From assembly GCA_965263295.1 (NCBI GenBank), contig OZ253665.1:800001-864000 (forward strand): DNA of 64,000 nucleotides, given 5' to 3'. The stretch is from Spirochaetia bacterium (lineage in GTDB: Bacteria > Spirochaetota > Spirochaetia > SP-2023). The translations under genes and the position numbers were made by a program. Every line of letters begins with the position of its first letter. Position 1 is the first letter of the stretch. Shown here one piece after another: positions 59,191-64,000 of the stretch. Under the pieces are notes generated by a model that was not told the origin of the DNA, did no database searches, and saw only the letters and a program-made list of their open reading frames with translations.

Positions 59191-62100
59191 TCAATCCTTC
59201 CGGGGGGGAACAAGGTGGACTTCGTCTATTACACTTTGGCTAAGGTCTGATTTACCATCCCACTCATCCAGTCTCTGATTCACTTTCATAAACCAGAAGG
59301 AGTTCTTATCGCCCCAACGCTTAGGCTTATATTCAGATAACTTAAGAACCAATTGTCCCTGCTCGGTTGCGCTCCAGCTGATATCCGCCTTCAGCTCAAA
59401 CTGCTCATTTCTTTTAATCCAACAACTGCTAGGACTTGTCAAGAGAAGAGCCTTTTCCTTCCAACCCGTCCAACAACCATTCGAGCCAACCATAATTAAG
59501 GATCCCCCCTTACTACTGACCTTGATCTGTTCCTTATTACCATCATTATTTGTTAATTTCCATTCCATTTCTTGGTACTGCTCAGCTATATAAGCGGATT
59601 CAGAACAAATCGCCGGAGAAATAACAGAAAACCACTCAGAGGCTTCACTATAACCGAATCTCCAGAAGAATTTATCATCCTTAATTTCAAGGTAGCGAGA
59701 ATTGTCAGTATATGTTAACTCTTTAAGAAGGAATTTCTTGTTTTTCAGATCCTCTTTTTTCACCTGTCGCCGTTGCGGGACAATAAATGCTCGCAAGTCT
59801 TTTTCTCCTTGTAGCAATTTGAAGGTGACGCCGTCGTTTGTTTTCTTCACTTGGTAAGCTCCTTCCGCGAAAAGGCTACTTAACCCTTCAGTGGCATCTA
59901 TGTTCTTCATGTACAGGACAAGTTGGTCGGCATCGTTCAGGTCGATAGAAAAATGGCCTCGCCAATTTTCGGCTGTCATTTTAGTAAACATGCCGTTGGC
60001 TTGGCTTTTCCACAGTGCGCAGGACAAAACTATGTGGCCATTTTTATCTGCTGGTTCGGCCGCGATATTGGCGAAAGTCAGGCCATATACCGTGCCCTCG
60101 CTCACCGTTTTTTTGCCCAAGGACAGGACATTTTTCTTACTAGCAAAAACTTTGCCAAAATAATTTTTATATTGCTTTTTCAAATTTTCTAGCTTGGCTT
60201 CACTCTTGGTCTGAAAGCCCCCCACGGTCTTAGATGTTTCCTGCGCTGCGCTACCCGTGACGACAGAAGAGACGCTATATCTAATTTCTGATTCCCCATC
60301 CTTGTCTACTGGCTTGGCTGAGATGAATTCAAATTTCAGATCGGAGTCAGTCTGGAATTTATCAAATTCTATATCGGCTTCTTGGGGTTTAGTCCCAAAC
60401 GCGGCCTTGTTCAAAACCTTGATTTTTACGGTTGGTTTGTTTACTTCCTTAGAAATCTTTTTATTCGCAGCCTGAATCTCGGCTTCCAGAGCGCTATCTC
60501 CGATACGGCCTCTAATACCTGAAGGCGGTGGTCCATATTTAGAAATATCATAGGTTTTAGTGGGAGATAAGATTTGCGCAAATTCTTTGCTTTTCTCAAA
60601 GCGGTCCGTCGTGTCGCGACTTTCAGCTGCTTCGGTTCCCGTCTCTGCATCTTCTTCAACAGTGGTCTGATGCTGGACATCCAGAGCGCTATCTCCGATA
60701 CGGCCTCTAATACCTGAAGGCGGTGGTCCATATTTAGAAATATCATAGGTTTTAGTGGGAGATAAGATTTGCGCAAATTCTTTGCTTTTCTCAAAGCGGT
60801 CCGTCGTGTCGCGACTTTCAGCTGCTTCGGTTCCCGTCTCTGCATCTTCTTCAACAGTGGTCTGATGCTGGACATCCAGAGCGCTATCTCCGATACGGCC
60901 TCTAATACCTGAAGGCGGTGGTCCATATTTAGAAATATCATAGGTTTTAGTGGGAGATAAGATTTGCGCAAATTCTTTGCTTTTCTCAAAGCGGTCCGTC
61001 GTGTCGCGACTTTCAGCTGCTTCGGTTCCCGTCTCTGCATCTTCTTCAACAGTGGTCTGATGCTGGACATCCAGAGCGCTATCTCCGATACGGCCTCTAA
61101 TACCTGAAGGCGGTGGTCCATATTTAGAAATATCATAGGTTTTAGTGGGAGATAAGATTTGCGCAAATTCTTTGCTTTTCTCAAAGCGGTCCGTCGTGTC
61201 GCGACTTTCAGCTGCTTCGGTTCCCGTCTCTGCATCTTCTTCAACAGTGGTCTGATGCTGGACATCCAGAGCGCTATCTCCGATACGGCCTCTAATACCT
61301 GAAGGCGGTGGTCCATATTTAGAAATATCATAGGTTTTAGTGGGAGATAAGATTTGCGCAAATTCTTTGCTTTTCTCAAAGCGGTCCGTCGTGTCGCGAC
61401 TTTCAGCTGCTTCGGTTCCCGTCTCTGCATCTTCTTCAACAGTGGTCTGATGCTGGACATCCAGAGCGCTATCTCCGATACGGCCTCTAATACCTGAAGG
61501 CGGTGGTCCATATTTAGAAATATCATCGGTTTCAGTGGCAGATAAGATTTGCGCAAATTCTTTGCTTTTCTCAAAGCGGTCCGTCGTGTCGCGACTTTCA
61601 GCTGCTCCGGTTTCCGTATCTGGCTCTACTTCTTTTTTAACAATTTGAGGTTCTTCAATAGTAGTCTTCGATGTGGACTTGCCCCCGCCAGTCTCGGTTT
61701 CTTCTTTTTCTTCTGTAACAGTCTCACTTGCAGTTTCTTCGGTTCCCGTCTTTGCTACTTCCTCGACAATCTCAGTTGCGGGCGTGCCCTCGCCAGTTTT
61801 TTGGGATTCTGCTTGTTCTTCTGTAACAGCCTCTCTTTCAATTTCTTCGGTTCCCGTATCTGACTCTACTTCTTTTTTAACAATTTGAGATTCTTCTTCA
61901 GTTGTCTCCGATGTGGACTTGCCCCCGCCAGTCTGAAAATCTTCTTTTTCTTCTGAAACAGCGTCACCTGCAATTCCACCCTCTACAGTTTCAGCAATCA
62001 TTTTCGAAACAGTTGTCGGGGGCAGCAAATTCTCATCATTTTGGTCGTTTGCAATTGTCGGACCATTAAGCAACGTCAATTTGGCGGCGACTTCTAGTTC

Positions 62101-62545
62101 CGTATCTTCGTTTATTACTGGCATGCCTGGCGGCGGTATATCCGGCAGATTTAATTGGGCTTTATTGTCATTTTCTTCAACTTGATCTTCATCCCAATGG
62201 TATATCTTCGGCGTGTCTTTTATGCGCAGGCCCCAGAAAATTGAGCACTGATCCCATGTCTTCTTGTCGACGACGCGCTCACCTTCGGCGCGACGGCTAT
62301 CATAGATGAGTTGGCCTTTCAGTTCGAATTTGTCGACAACATATATCTTCTGCGTAGCATCCGCTGCATTAGCATTGACCAGGCTTTCATCCTGTAACTT
62401 AATGCGAAAAACACTTTGGGGGGTTCCTTGGCCTTCTTCGGTATCATTATCATTACAGCCTGCGAGCAGCAGGAAGGCCGATATATATATATATATATAT
62501 ATATATATGGTGACTTAGAAAACTAAAATAATTTTTGCGTGGCAT
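59191..62545 (-). CDS. Large repeat-containing surface lipoprotein, frameshifted at an (AT)14 tract (putative phase-variable gene, OFF as assembled)
   Basis: AAGGAGG, ATG 62545, MPRKNYFSFLSHH(IY)n; the frame after the tract reads SAFLLLAGC NDNDTEE... and is continuous with ORF 59191-62124. Confidence 0.85.
60486..61606 (-). repeat. 195-bp (65-aa) tandem repeat, about 5.75 copies
   Basis: ccagagcgctatctccgatacgg recurs at 60486, 60681, 60876, 61071, 61266 and 61461; copies look identical except the N-terminal one. Confidence 0.97.
62481..62508. repeat. (AT)14 microsatellite inside the signal-peptide coding region
   Basis: 28-nt AT run read directly from the sequence. Confidence 0.97.
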
Positions 62546-62570
62546 CTGCTTGCCTCCTTGGATTCAAAAC

Positions 62571-62602
62571 AGATATCCCATAGATATCCCATAGATATCC
62601 CA
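62571..62602. repeat. Three 11-bp tandem copies of AGATATCCCAT upstream of the RBS
   Basis: agatatcccat-agatatcccat-agatatccca. Confidence 0.9.
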
Positions 62603-62821
62603 AGGGGGCAAAAATTGGGCAGCTAATACAACGCAGGTATTTATCCCACATCTGTGACGCATTTTGAGCCTAGCTCTTCAATGAAATACTATTTTGAATT
62701 AATTAAAATTTGTAGTCTTATTATGCAATAATGATATTTTTAGTCAACAGTTTTGCAAAAATATTATAAATTTTCATATTATTTTAATTTTGTGTATTTC
62801 GTGGTTCCTTTCACAGTCCCT

Positions 62822-63343
62822 GGCCAAGTAACCACGAAATACACTAAAAAGTACGAACGACACGAAAAACCCTAAAACACCGCGCCTACTCCCTGGACGC
62901 CCCCCGCGCCTCACGTCGTCCATCCGGCCCCTTTTTTTCTGTCACCCACAGCCCCCCAGCCTAGATTTCGTGCCCTTTCGCTGTCTTCGTGCCCTTTCGT
63001 GGTCCCCTTTAAAGTTTCCCTGTCACCCGCGGCTCCCCCGTCTAGATTTCGTGACCTTTCGCCGTCTTCGTGCCTTTCGTGGTCCCCCTTTCGTGGTCCC
63101 CCAAAAACCAAAAAAGCGAGCAACCTTAAAGGCTACTCGCTTGCGCGGCTCGTCATATCAACGGCAGAAATTCATGCCAATTAACGTTCCATCTTCTCCG
63201 CCTCTCTAGAAGGGCTTGAAGCCCTCCCACCCATCGTAAAATTTTCTAGTCTTAGCACCTCGCGGCAAACTTTCTGCATTATAGCTATCTGTCAATATGG
63301 CCTGGACTTCATAAATAGCGGGACCCAAAATAGGATTATCAAT
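62822..63343 (-). repeat. Right arm of long inverted repeat (partner 10465-10995), containing a CACGAAA module, terminator and gene 3' end
   Basis: Reverse complement matches the left arm as described for that feature. Confidence 0.92.
63110..63142 (-). terminator. Rho-independent terminator of the 63206-64000 gene
   Basis: Same hairpin and T run as 10666-10698, on the minus strand. Confidence 0.8.
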
Positions 63344-64000
63344 TAGAACTTCATCCTGTATCCTTGAATGGGTTAAGTTCTTCTTTTCATCCCCAGCAGT
63401 CCTCCAATTGGATATCCTATGATAGTACGGAGGATTGAGATGGTCGAAAGTGAAATCGCCCCGGTGTTTTTTATATATCCACCGGACTCTCAACAATTTC
63501 TCTCCCTCGGGGTCTTCTCCTCCAACCAGAGTAAATTTATAATAACGATATCTATAAGACGTTTCAGTTTTTTGCCTCCAGAATCCCGACATCTGAACTG
63601 AAGCCCTAGTGGAACCGTCATATCCCATTTTCACGGTGGAACCGTCATATCCCATTGCCAAAGCGAGACTTCGCGCATGGGGATCTTCTAGAAAACTGCC
63701 ATCGTACCTAAGATATTCCGCTATCATTCTAGTCGGCTGTGTTGGCGCCACGTTTACGTGCACCGTATTGGGAATTGTGCCAGAACTGGCGATACCATCG
63801 CTCACCGTCACCTCAACTACCGCACGGTGGCGATCAGGCATACTCATCGCTGCAATCTCATTCTTACTCAGATCCCTTAGCGGCGAGAACACAGCCAAGC
63901 TTACTTCCCGGCCTGTTTCATCTTGAGGCACGCCATTGACCGCCCAGCTGTAAGTCAACGTATCGCCCTCGGCGTCAGTACCCTCCACAGCGAATTTCAC
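63206..64000 (-). CDS. 3' part of an Ig/PKD-like repeat surface protein, paralog of 7280-10342 (5' end outside the window)
   Basis: DAEGDTLTYSWAVNGV...FSPLRDLSKNEIAAMS..RH..VV.VTVSD...VNVAP matches the repeat domain of the 7280 protein. Confidence 0.85.
   Translation of the reverse strand: MKFAVEGTDAEGDTLTYSWAVNGVPQDETGREVSLAVFSPLRDLSKNEIAAMSMPDRHRAVVEVTVSDGIASSGTIPNTVHVNVAPTQPTRMIAEYLRYDGSFLEDPHARSLALAMGYDGSTVKMGYDGSTRASVQMSGFWRQKTETSYRYRYYKFTLVGGEDPEGEKLLRVRWIYKKHRGDFTFDHLNPPYYHRISNWRTAGDEKKNLTHSRIQDEVLIDNPILGPAIYEVQAILTDSYNAESLPRGAKTRKFYDGWEGFKPF

Noticed and set aside
60441..61574. 377-aa alternative-frame ORF in the tandem repeat
   Set aside because: A stop-free second frame of one 195-bp unit is simply multiplied by the repeat; no RBS and it ends just outside the array
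1..64000. rRNA, tRNA, tmRNA, IS elements, prophage genes, and the many short antisense ORFs in the track
   Set aside because: No recognisable signatures by eye; the antisense ORFs are shadows of well-supported genes

Overview
Bacterial chromosomal window, most likely from a host-associated spirochaete. This is an inference from the LptD-like protein, the dual cNMP/TPR Crp-like protein, a divergent FliG paralog and many lipoproteins. Housekeeping and transport genes include CaCA antiporter, rpiB, pseudouridine synthase, trhO, sdaA, folP-folB-folK, a UvrD/Rep helicase, a divergent folE, rarA, livKHMGF, a LacI regulator with rbsDACBK, and pheT. These are interspersed with loci for variable surface proteins. 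(1) Two paralogous Ig/PKD-like repeat genes lie near opposite ends of the window (7280-10342 + and 63206->64000 -). Each is followed by a ~530-bp segment; the two segments form an inverted repeat about 52 kb apart. The segment holds a gene 3' end, a terminator and a modular CACGAAA repeat element. The left copy carries a start-less orphan C-terminus of the right-hand gene type. (2) A large lipoprotein gene with a 195-bp tandem repeat has an (AT)14 microsatellite inside its signal-peptide sequence that puts it out of frame, consistent with phase variation in the OFF state. (3) Two secreted Cys-LRR paralogs (31 and 13 repeats) flank a frameshifted DUF261-like gene. Also seen: a sugar ABC cassette with a GxGYxYP-family lipoprotein, a perfect 36-bp palindrome, and a promoter-terminator unit that may be an sRNA. 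I recognised no rRNA, tRNA, CRISPR array, transposase, recombinase or reverse transcriptase. All family assignments are from motif recognition by eye; no database search was run.
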